From the NCBI GenBank assembly GCA_041572575.1, contig JBFFSH010000053.1, positions 1-17,726 of the forward strand: a DNA stretch of 17,726 bases, given 5' to 3'. The notes beneath the pieces were generated by a model. It searched no databases. It was not told the DNA's origin and saw only the letters and a program-made list of their open reading frames with translations. This stretch comes from Thermodesulfobacteriota bacterium. GTDB lineage: Bacteria; Desulfobacterota_D; UBA1144; Nemesobacterales; N074bin48. The translations under genes were made by a program, and so were the position numbers. Positions 1 through 7,659 of the stretch are shown piece after piece (position 1 is the stretch's first letter; the number at the start of each line of letters is the position of its first letter).

Positions 1-59
1 GTCTCTGCCTGCTTTAAAGCGAATGCTATCTGTTGTTCTGTAAATCTTGACTTCCTCAT
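1..59 (-). CDS. IS3-family transposase OrfA, N-terminal fragment (truncated by window edge)
   Basis: Manual translation from ATG at 59 gives MRKSRFTEQQIAFALKQAET..., the typical MxKSRFTEEQIxxxLKQAE start of IS3/IS407 OrfA. Shine-Dalgarno AGGAGG at 74-69. Confidence 0.9.
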   Translation of the reverse strand, partial: MRKSRFTEQQIAFALKQAE

Positions 60-96
60 GGCAAAATACCTCCTGATTTATTGCATTATTTTGCCA
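59..96. repeat. Perfect 10-bp inverted repeat enclosing the transposase RBS
   Basis: TGGCAAAATA (59-68) and TATTTTGCCA (87-96), with an 18-nt loop containing the SD. The stem includes the first base of the ATG. Confidence 0.8.
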
Positions 97-140
97 GATT
101 TCTCTACTTTTACCTGGTTCAGTTTGCAGGGTGAAGGTCA

Positions 141-675
141 CTTCACCTGATATAGGCTTACGAAGATTAAATTTCTCTGCAATGCTTACAACTCCAAGAT
201 TAATACTACATTCAAAATTTATTTTCTCATTTTCATCTACAATACCAAACTCGGTACTCCCGCCTCCAATATCTACTACAATTTTATTTCCTGGAGTAAT
301 ATTTACGGAATTTAATACTCCAATTGTAGTAAGCTCTGCTTCCTTTTTCCCACTTATAATCTCTATTTTTGTATTTAGTATACTGCTTGCTTGTTTTATA
401 AAATCCTGTGAATTATCGGAATTTCTTACTACACTCGTAGCAACGGCTCTAAGACTACTTATTTGAAAACGCTTTAATGTTAACGAAAATTTTTTAAGTA
501 CTTTCAAACTACGAGAGATAGATTTTTTTGAAAGTAATTTATTGTTAGTATCAAAATCTTTACCAAGACCTGTAATAATGCTTGTTTTTTGAACAAAAAT
601 TATTTGATTGAGTTCAATTTTTGCTATAAGAAGTCTAAAGCTATTAGTTCCTAAATCAATTGCGGCTATATACAC
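141..675 (-). pseudogene. ppx: Ppx/GppA family phosphatase (exopolyphosphatase-like), 5' part, interrupted by IS3 element
   Basis: Manual translation from GTG at 675: (M)YIAAIDLGTNSFRLLIA...RAVATSVVRNSDNSQDF...IEIISGKKEAELTTIGV...VVDIGGGSTEF...SINLGVVSIAEKF, containing the diagnostic IDLGTNS, ATS, ISGxxEA and DIGGGSTE motifs. 178 codons precede the IS end. Absent from the ORF track because the frame has no stop before the window edge. Confidence 0.9.
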
Positions 676-689
676 AATATAATGTTGTC

Positions 690-1205
690 TTAAAAATCCT
701 GTGAAAGATACTGAAGTGAATACTCTACATAGTTATTTGAAAGTTTATCTATTAAGGTTAATTCTTGTTCATTTAAGTCGCGTTTTATTTTCACCGGTGA
801 TCCTACCGCAAGCACTCCACTGGGAATATTAAAGCCTGGTGGTACTAATGATCCAGCTGCAACAATAGAATTAGAATTTACAACTGAGCCATCAAGTAAT
901 ACCGAGCCTATACCTATAAGCGTATTATCTTCAATACTGCAGCCATGAACTACAACCCTGTGGCCAATTGTAACATTATTACCTATTACTAGAGGATAAG
1001 TATTCTTTGTAACATGTAATACACTGTTGTCCTGAATATTTGTTCTTTGTCCTATTTCTATGTAATTTACATCCCCTCTTACAACTGAATTGAACCATAC
1101 GCTTGAAGACTTACCTATGCTAACTTGTCCAATTACTTGTGCGCTTTTTGCTATAAATACAGAATCATGAATGTTTGGATGTTTATTATTAAAAGCACAA
1201 ATCAT
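690..1205 (-). CDS. Gamma carbonic anhydrase family (YrdA-like) hexapeptide-repeat protein
   Basis: RGDVNYIEIG, NIQDNSVLH and TIGHRVVVHGC motifs with three candidate metal-ligand His residues; left-handed beta-helix repeats; GSPVK-type C-terminal motif. Confidence 0.92.
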   Translation of the reverse strand: MICAFNNKHPNIHDSVFIAKSAQVIGQVSIGKSSSVWFNSVVRGDVNYIEIGQRTNIQDNSVLHVTKNTYPLVIGNNVTIGHRVVVHGCSIEDNTLIGIGSVLLDGSVVNSNSIVAAGSLVPPGFNIPSGVLAVGSPVKIKRDLNEQELTLIDKLSNNYVEYSLQYLSQDF

Positions 1206-1226
1206 ATACTTAAGTAATATCTAGAA

Positions 1227-3305
1227 TTAATCATCTGTAGATTCTGATGAATTTTGTTGTTGTATTATTTTTTGTGCTATCTGAGCAGGTACTTCCTCAT
1301 AATGTGAAAATTCGACGCTAAAGTTTCCCCTGCCACTTGTTATAGAACGTAGTTCAGGAGCATACGTAAGTATTTCTGCTAAAGGCACATTTGCGTTTAT
1401 TTCACTTCCTCCAGACGCTGTATCCATGCCTGATACCTTACCCCTTCTGGAATTGATATCGCCTATGACATCCCCCATTACTTCTTCTGGAGTAAATACT
1501 TTCATCTTCATAATCGGTTCGAGCAGGGTTGGTTTTGCTTCTTCCATGGCCTTTTTAAACCCCATAGAACCTGCTATTTGAAAAGCTACATCAGAGGAAT
1601 CCACAGGATGATATTTTCCATCAAATACTGTTACTTTTACGCCTGTAACCGGATATCCAGCATAGACGCCCTTTTTCATTGCATCTTTTACCCCTTTTTC
1701 TACAGACGGTATAAAATTTCTTGGAATTACTCCTCCTACGATTTTATCAACAAACTCAAAGTCCTGCCCGTTTGTAAGTGGGTCAATCTGTATCCACGCA
1801 TCACCATACTGCCCTCTACCACCAGTTTGTTTAATATACTTCCCTTCAGCTTTAGCACTCTTTTTAATCGTCTCTTTGTAAGGGATTTTAGGAGTTTTAA
1901 GGTCTACTGTTACGCCATATACATTTTTTAGTCTCTCTACTATAACCTCTACATGCATCTGACCCGTACCTGAAAGCAGGAAGTCATTTGTTTCTTCGTC
2001 TCTGTGATAATCAAGTGTTGTATCTTCTTCAGCTATTTTAGAGAGTGAAGGCATAAGTTTATCTTCGTCTCCTCTGCTTTGAGGTTCAATTGCATAAGAG
2101 AGGACTGCGTGTGGAGGAGTGGATAGTAATACTTTTATTGCTTCTGAATCAGATGTAAGTGTTTGTGCAGTGTGTAATTCTTTTATTTTGTTAACAGCAA
2201 CTATATCCCCACACTGGGCTTTATCAACATTAGATAGTCTCTTGCCAAGTATCTTTGAAATTTGACCTATCTTTACCTTGGAACCATCAGAACTGTTTAT
2301 AAGAGTTGCATCCGAGTTCACCGATCCCGAAAAAATCCTTAAAATACTTATTTTTCCTGCATACGGGTCTGATATGGTTTTAAATACAGATCCTACTACA
2401 GGCCCGTCCACCAGGGGTTTTAAATCTGACTGCTCTTCACCTTTAATAATATTTATCTTCTTTCTGTCAAGTGGCCCGGGAAGGATATTATTGATTGTCT
2501 GGCAAAGGTAATCAAGTCCCGTAAGTTCAGTAGCAGAACCAACGACAAGAGGTATGGCATTTCCATCAATTACCGCTTTTTTAAGAGTATTTTGTAATTC
2601 TTCATCTGTAAGTTCATCACCATTTAGATATCTTTCCAGCAGATCATCATCATTTTCAGCAATTGATTCAATTAGTTTTTCTCTGTATTTCTCACTAAGC
2701 TCTTTACAATCATCGGGAATATCACCAATTATTGATTTAGTGCCATCAATTCTATAGGACTTCATGCTAAGCAAATCTACAACTCCACTAAAATTCTGTT
2801 CTGAGCCAATGGGTACTGATAATACAACCGGATTTATCTTTAATGTGTCTTTTAAATGATTTAACGATTGCTCAAAATCAGCTCTTTCTTTATCAAGCTT
2901 ATTCATAAATATAAGGCTTGATACATTCCTGGATTTGATAATATCCCAAAATCTGTCGATCTGTTCTTTAGAATCAGCTAAACCACTTACAAGCAAAACT
3001 GCTGTATCTGTAATATCTACAGCTAGTTCTGTCTGATATAAGAAATTTGGAAATCCCGGGGTGTCTATTACGTTTACATTAAAACCCTTATGATCATAAT
3101 ATCCTACCTGGGTATTTATTGTCATTTGGCGGTTTTTTTCTTCGGCTTCAGCATCGAGATAAGTAGACCCGTTGTCTACTTTACCTAATTTGTCCAAAGA
3201 ACCGTTTATATATAGTAAACCTTCTGCAAGACTGGTTTTTCCTGCTCCATGTGGGGCAACCAATGTTATGTTTCTTATGTTTTCTCTGGGATAATCACTA
3301 CTCAT
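1227..3305 (-). CDS. fusA: Elongation factor G, divergent paralog (EF-G2 type)
   Basis: 692 aa. G1 APHGAGKT, G2 RQMTI, G3 DTPGF, G4 NKLD. Conserved domain IV/V motifs KQTGGRGQYG, YHPVDSS and GDINSRRG. Not in the rpsL-rpsG-fusA-tuf context. RBS GGAGAGG upstream. Confidence 0.93.
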   Translation of the reverse strand: MSSDYPRENIRNITLVAPHGAGKTSLAEGLLYINGSLDKLGKVDNGSTYLDAEAEEKNRQMTINTQVGYYDHKGFNVNVIDTPGFPNFLYQTELAVDITDTAVLLVSGLADSKEQIDRFWDIIKSRNVSSLIFMNKLDKERADFEQSLNHLKDTLKINPVVLSVPIGSEQNFSGVVDLLSMKSYRIDGTKSIIGDIPDDCKELSEKYREKLIESIAENDDDLLERYLNGDELTDEELQNTLKKAVIDGNAIPLVVGSATELTGLDYLCQTINNILPGPLDRKKINIIKGEEQSDLKPLVDGPVVGSVFKTISDPYAGKISILRIFSGSVNSDATLINSSDGSKVKIGQISKILGKRLSNVDKAQCGDIVAVNKIKELHTAQTLTSDSEAIKVLLSTPPHAVLSYAIEPQSRGDEDKLMPSLSKIAEEDTTLDYHRDEETNDFLLSGTGQMHVEVIVERLKNVYGVTVDLKTPKIPYKETIKKSAKAEGKYIKQTGGRGQYGDAWIQIDPLTNGQDFEFVDKIVGGVIPRNFIPSVEKGVKDAMKKGVYAGYPVTGVKVTVFDGKYHPVDSSDVAFQIAGSMGFKKAMEEAKPTLLEPIMKMKVFTPEEVMGDVIGDINSRRGKVSGMDTASGGSEINANVPLAEILTYAPELRSITSGRGNFSVEFSHYEEVPAQIAQKIIQQQNSSESTDD

Positions 3306-3334
3306 ATGTACCTCTCCATAATAGAATAATTACT

Positions 3335-3364
3335 ATTATAGAATCATATGGCAGAAAAAGTAAA
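3335..3364 (-). promoter_or_regulatory. Putative sigma70 promoter of fusA2
   Basis: TTTACT (3364-3359) - N18 - TATAAT (3340-3335), about 30 nt upstream of the ATG. The AT-rich background lowers specificity. Confidence 0.5.
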
Positions 3365-3451
3365 GGTATTTCTTAATAAGATTATAAAAAAATCGTGGAA
3401 AATGTTAATTAAATACTTATTTTTAATAAATTATTTAATTTATAACGCGGC

Positions 3452-3655
3452 TTATTTATTTCCAAACTTTCTTCTAAATCTCTCTACCTGGCCTTTGGAC
3501 TCTGTTGATCTTTCTTTACCGGAATAGTAGGGATGGCAGTTTGAACATATATCTATTCCAAAGTCTTCAGTTTTAGTAGACCTGGTGGTTATAACATTAC
3601 CGCAGGCACATGTTATGGTTACTTCTTTATATTCAGGATGTATTTCTGCTTTCAT
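3452..3655 (-). CDS. rpmE: 50S ribosomal protein L31 (zinc-binding type)
   Basis: MKAEIHPEY...CACG...DICSNCHPYYSGK...GQVERFRRKF; all four Zn-ligand Cys present. Confidence 0.97.
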   Translation of the reverse strand: MKAEIHPEYKEVTITCACGNVITTRSTKTEDFGIDICSNCHPYYSGKERSTESKGQVERFRRKFGNK

Positions 3656-3675
3656 TTAATCAATATACCTCTTAT

Positions 3676-5613
3676 TTATTTTTCTGTAAACTCTGCATCT
3701 ATCACATCGTCATCTTTCTTATTTGATTCATCTGTAGGAATATCCGATTCGGCTGTTTGTTCTGTTTGTTCTTCTGCGCTTTGATCAGCAGGTTGATCGG
3801 AATTTTCTGATGCCTGTTTATACATAAGCTCGGCAAGTTTATGAGATGACTTCGTAATGCGCTCAAGAGCACTTTCGAGTTCTTCCTTATTATCCCCTTT
3901 TAGTGCTGTCTTGCCCTGTTCCAAACTGTCCTCAAGCTCTTTTTTCTCTTCTTCGCTTAGTTTATCACCCAATTCTTTGAAGCTCTTATCAGTTCTGTAA
4001 ATCAGTTCATCTAACTTGTTTCTTGTTTCTATAAGCTCTTTTCTTTCTTTATCATCTTCTGCTTTATCCTCAGAATCCTTAACCATTTGGTCTATTTCGT
4101 CTTTACTTAGACCACTGGAAGCCTCTACTTTTATCTTTTGTTCCTTCTGTGTTGCCTGATCTTTAGCAGATACATGTAAAATTCCATCTGCATCTGTATC
4201 AAATGTAACTTCTATTTGCGGTACACTCCTTGGTGCTGGGGGTAGGCCATCGAGTATAAACTTGGCCAGGGTTCTATTATCAGAGGCCATTTGTCTTTCA
4301 CCCTGAAGAACATGAATCTCTACCGAGGTCTGATTGTCTTCAGCGGTAGTAAATATCTGGCTTTTCTTTGTTGGAATTGTAGTATTTCTAGTAATTATAG
4401 GTGTCATTACTCCACCAAGTGTTTCTATTCCCAAAGATAGCGGGGTTACATCGAGCAGTAATACATCCCTTACGTCACCACCAAGAACTGCTCCCTGTAT
4501 TGCAGCACCAAGTGCAACAACTTCATCAGGGTTAATACTTTTATTCGGTTCTTTTCCAAAAAAGTCTGTAACTACTTTATGAACCATAGGAATTCTGGTA
4601 GAACCGCCAACAAAAATTACTTCAGTAATCTCTGAAGCTTTTAGCCCTGCATCTTTAAGAGCCTGTTTACAGGGTTCAAGAGTACCAATAATCAATGATT
4701 CTGTAAGCTGTTCAAACTTTGAACGGGTAATCTTTAAGACCAAATGTTTGGGACCACTAGCATCTGCTGTAATAAATGGAAGGTTAACCTCTGTTTCCAT
4801 AGTGCTTGAAAGCTCAATTTTAGCCTTCTCAGCAGCTTCTCTAAGACGCTGTAGCGCCATATTATCATTACTTAGGTCTATACCCTGATCTTTTTTGAAT
4901 TCGCCTATAATATGATCCATTACGGTTCTGTCAAAATCATCACCGCCAAGGCTTGTATTACCATTTGTGGATTTTACTTCAATAACGTTATCCCCAATCT
5001 CAAGGACAGACACATCAAAGGTACCGCCACCAAGGTCATAAACTACAACCATTCCTTCTTTTTTCTTATCAAAACCGTAAGAAAGCGCAGCTGCTGTAGG
5101 TTCGTTGATAATTCTTTTTACCTCTAAACCAGCTATCTTTCCGGCATCTTTAGTTGCCTGCCTCTGGCTGTCATTAAAGTAAGCAGGAACTGTGATCACA
5201 GCTTCTGTTACTTTTTCACCCAGATAAGTTTCTGCTGCTGCCTTTAGTTTGGAAAGTACATGAGAAGATATCTGAGGAGGGGAAAATTCTTTTCCATCTA
5301 CCTCTACCCATGCATCATCATTTTTACTCTTAATAACTTTATAAGGCAATTTTTTGGCTTCTTCTATAGTTTCATCAAATCTACGTCCCATAAGTCTTTT
5401 TACTGAGTATATTGTGTTTTCGGGGTTTACTACAGCTTGTCTTTTAGCAGGATTCCCAACTAATATTTCTCCATCTTTAGAAATTGCCACTACAGAAGGG
5501 GTTATTCTGGAGCCTTCATCATTAATAATTACCTTAGGTTCACCTGCTTCCACTATAGATACCACAGAGTTGGTTGTTCCAAGATCGATTCCGATTATTA
5601 CACTCTTAGCCAT
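3676..5613 (-). CDS. dnaK: Chaperone DnaK (Hsp70)
   Basis: [52 protein letters not shown] and C-terminal DVIDAEF. GGAGG RBS. Carries the N-terminal insert typical of diderm DnaK. Confidence 0.99.
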   Translation of the reverse strand: MAKSVIIGIDLGTTNSVVSIVEAGEPKVIINDEGSRITPSVVAISKDGEILVGNPAKRQAVVNPENTIYSVKRLMGRRFDETIEEAKKLPYKVIKSKNDDAWVEVDGKEFSPPQISSHVLSKLKAAAETYLGEKVTEAVITVPAYFNDSQRQATKDAGKIAGLEVKRIINEPTAAALSYGFDKKKEGMVVVYDLGGGTFDVSVLEIGDNVIEVKSTNGNTSLGGDDFDRTVMDHIIGEFKKDQGIDLSNDNMALQRLREAAEKAKIELSSTMETEVNLPFITADASGPKHLVLKITRSKFEQLTESLIIGTLEPCKQALKDAGLKASEITEVIFVGGSTRIPMVHKVVTDFFGKEPNKSINPDEVVALGAAIQGAVLGGDVRDVLLLDVTPLSLGIETLGGVMTPIITRNTTIPTKKSQIFTTAEDNQTSVEIHVLQGERQMASDNRTLAKFILDGLPPAPRSVPQIEVTFDTDADGILHVSAKDQATQKEQKIKVEASSGLSKDEIDQMVKDSEDKAEDDKERKELIETRNKLDELIYRTDKSFKELGDKLSEEEKKELEDSLEQGKTALKGDNKEELESALERITKSSHKLAELMYKQASENSDQPADQSAEEQTEQTAESDIPTDESNKKDDDVIDAEFTEK

Positions 5614-5672
5614 TGAAATGCCTCCAAAATATAAAGATATACTTATATATTTAAATTAGATTAATAAAATTT

Positions 5673-5700
5673 AAAGTAATCATGAAGAAAGGGTTGTCAA
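5673..5700 (-). promoter_or_regulatory. Putative sigma70 promoter of dnaK-rpmE
   Basis: Perfect TTGACA (5700-5695) - N16 - TACTTT (5678-5673) in the sucC-dnaK spacer. Confidence 0.5.
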
Positions 5701-5727
5701 GAAGTGAATTTATAAATAATTTCAGTA

Positions 5728-6888
5728 TTATTGTGCAGCTTCAACCACTTTAGCAGCACATTCTTTCATATCTTTACCAGTAATAATATTCAGGCCCGAA
5801 TCAGCCAGCATCTCCCTTCCAAGCTCAACATTGGTACCTTCTAACCTAACTACCAGTGGAACCTCTATACCTACTTCTTTTGCAGCAGAGATTATTCCTG
5901 TAGCAATTGTGTCACATTTCATAATTCCACCAAAAATATTAACAAATATTGCTTTTACATTGTTGTCGCTAACAATCATTTTAAAAGCTTGTGTGACCTG
6001 TTCAGGAGTTGCGCCACCACCTACATCCAAGAAATTTGCCGGCTCACCGCCATGATACTTAATAATGTCCATTGTAGACATAGCAAGTCCTGCTCCGTTT
6101 ACAAGGCATCCTATATTACCATCAAGCTTAACATAGCTTATGCCCCACTCTTTTGCTTCCAGTTCTGTTGGGTCTTCTTCAGTAGGATCATGGTAAGCTT
6201 GTAAATCTTTGTGTCTGTAAAGCGCATTATCATCTATATTGAGTTTAGCATCCAGAGGTATCACATCATCTGATTTTGTAAGAATCATAGGATTAATTTC
6301 TGCTAATGAACAGTCACTGTTTACAAATACTTCATATAACCTAACAATTAAATTTACAGCCTTATTAGCTGTTTTTCCTTTAAGACCCAGAAAATAAGCA
6401 ATCTTTCTTCCCTGAAATGGCAGTAACCCTGTTGAAATATCAACATATTCCTTAATAATTTTCTCAGGGCTGTGCTTTGCTACTTCTTCAATTTCTACCC
6501 CGCCTTCAGGGCTTGCCATTACTACTATTTTTTCTTTAGATCTGTCTATTACCATTCCAAGATAAAACTCTTTTTCTATCTGCGAGGCTTCTTCTACAAG
6601 TACCTTACCTACAAGCTTTCCCTCAGGCCCTGTCTGATGGGTTACAAGGTTCATACCAATAATATCTGAGGCAAGTCTGCCTACGTCTTCAGTAGTTGAA
6701 GCAAGCTTCACTCCACCACCCTTTCCTCTTCCCCCAGCATGTATCTGTGCCTTTACTACAAAACCATCTGACTGCAGATCATTAGCAATCTGCATGGCTT
6801 CTTCGCTTGAAGTAGCAACTTTTCCTGCCGGAACGTTCATTCCGTTTTTTGCAAGTAGTTCTTTTGCCTGATACTCATGTATGTTCAA
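5728..6888 (-). CDS. sucC: Succinyl-CoA synthetase beta subunit
   Basis: [52 protein letters not shown] and VRLEGTN. TTG start with GGAGG RBS. Confidence 0.97.
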   Translation of the reverse strand: MNIHEYQAKELLAKNGMNVPAGKVATSSEEAMQIANDLQSDGFVVKAQIHAGGRGKGGGVKLASTTEDVGRLASDIIGMNLVTHQTGPEGKLVGKVLVEEASQIEKEFYLGMVIDRSKEKIVVMASPEGGVEIEEVAKHSPEKIIKEYVDISTGLLPFQGRKIAYFLGLKGKTANKAVNLIVRLYEVFVNSDCSLAEINPMILTKSDDVIPLDAKLNIDDNALYRHKDLQAYHDPTEEDPTELEAKEWGISYVKLDGNIGCLVNGAGLAMSTMDIIKYHGGEPANFLDVGGGATPEQVTQAFKMIVSDNNVKAIFVNIFGGIMKCDTIATGIISAAKEVGIEVPLVVRLEGTNVELGREMLADSGLNIITGKDMKECAAKVVEAAQ

Positions 6889-6921
6889 CTCTTTATATCC
6901 TCCAAAATCATTTACTACTCA

Positions 6922-7659
6922 TTAACCTTCTTTAAATTTAGAAAGTATCCAGTTTATTGGATCAAAATATTTATCAACAACTCTTTCTTTTAGTGGGATT
7001 ATCGCATTATCAGTTATATGTATACTCTCAGGACATACCTCAGTACAGCATTTTGTAATGTTACAGTATGCTACACCGGCCTCTTCTTTTAATAGTTCGC
7101 TTCTATCAACCGTATCAAGAGGATGCATATCAAGTTCGGCAATTTTTATCATATATCTTGGTCCAAAAAATGCATCCTTAGCGTTATTATCTCTTAATAT
7201 GTGGCAAACATTCTGGCACATAAAACATTCAATACACTTTCTAAATTCCTGACTTCTTTCCACATCTTCCTGATACATTGTTAGTTCTTCTTCACCCTCT
7301 GGAGGAGTGAAAGGAGGTATCTCTTTATGTTTTTGAAAATTCCATTTCACATCTGTCACAAGGTCTTTAATTACAGGGAATGCTTTAATCGGATAAACAG
7401 TGATTGGCTCATCATGAGAAAGGCTGTCCATTCTTGTCTTGCATGATAGTTTGGGCATACCATTAATTTCAGTACTACAAGATCCACATTTAGCCGCTTT
7501 ACAATTCCACCTGACAGCTAAATCTCCATCAAAATTAGCCTGAATGTAATGCAGGGCGTCTAATACAACCATCCCTTCTTCTACAGGCACTTTGTAGTCT
7601 ACAGTCTCACCTTTTTCCGAATCGCCTCTAAATACTCTTAGTACCGCTTCGTCAGCCAT
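6922..7659 (-). CDS. sdhB: Succinate dehydrogenase/fumarate reductase iron-sulfur subunit (Sdh1-like)
   Basis: CKAAKCGSC...C (2Fe-2S), CIECFMCQNVC and CNITKCCTEVCP cluster motifs. Start overlaps the sdhA stop (TAATG at 7659), indicating translational coupling. Confidence 0.95.
   Translation of the reverse strand: MADEAVLRVFRGDSEKGETVDYKVPVEEGMVVLDALHYIQANFDGDLAVRWNCKAAKCGSCSTEINGMPKLSCKTRMDSLSHDEPITVYPIKAFPVIKDLVTDVKWNFQKHKEIPPFTPPEGEEELTMYQEDVERSQEFRKCIECFMCQNVCHILRDNNAKDAFFGPRYMIKIAELDMHPLDTVDRSELLKEEAGVAYCNITKCCTEVCPESIHITDNAIIPLKERVVDKYFDPINWILSKFKEG

Larger units (their letters stand above)
1..140 (-). mobile_element. IS3-family insertion sequence (probably IS407 group), left end only; runs off the window edge
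   Basis: From 140 the minus strand reads TGACCTTCACCCTGCAAACTGAACCAGG..., a 5'-TG end resembling IS3/IS407-group terminal inverted repeats. An AGGAGG RBS and a transposase OrfA N-terminus follow. Ppx-like coding similarity stops at this point. Confidence 0.88.

Noticed and set aside
131..466. 111-aa plus-strand ORF
   Set aside because: Antisense shadow of the ppx/gppA frame, which has clear family motifs; it also starts inside the IS end.
1852..1860. TTAGCACTC, a perfect CIRCE half-site
   Set aside because: Lies inside the fusA2 coding region and lacks the GAGTGCTAA second half after 9 nt.
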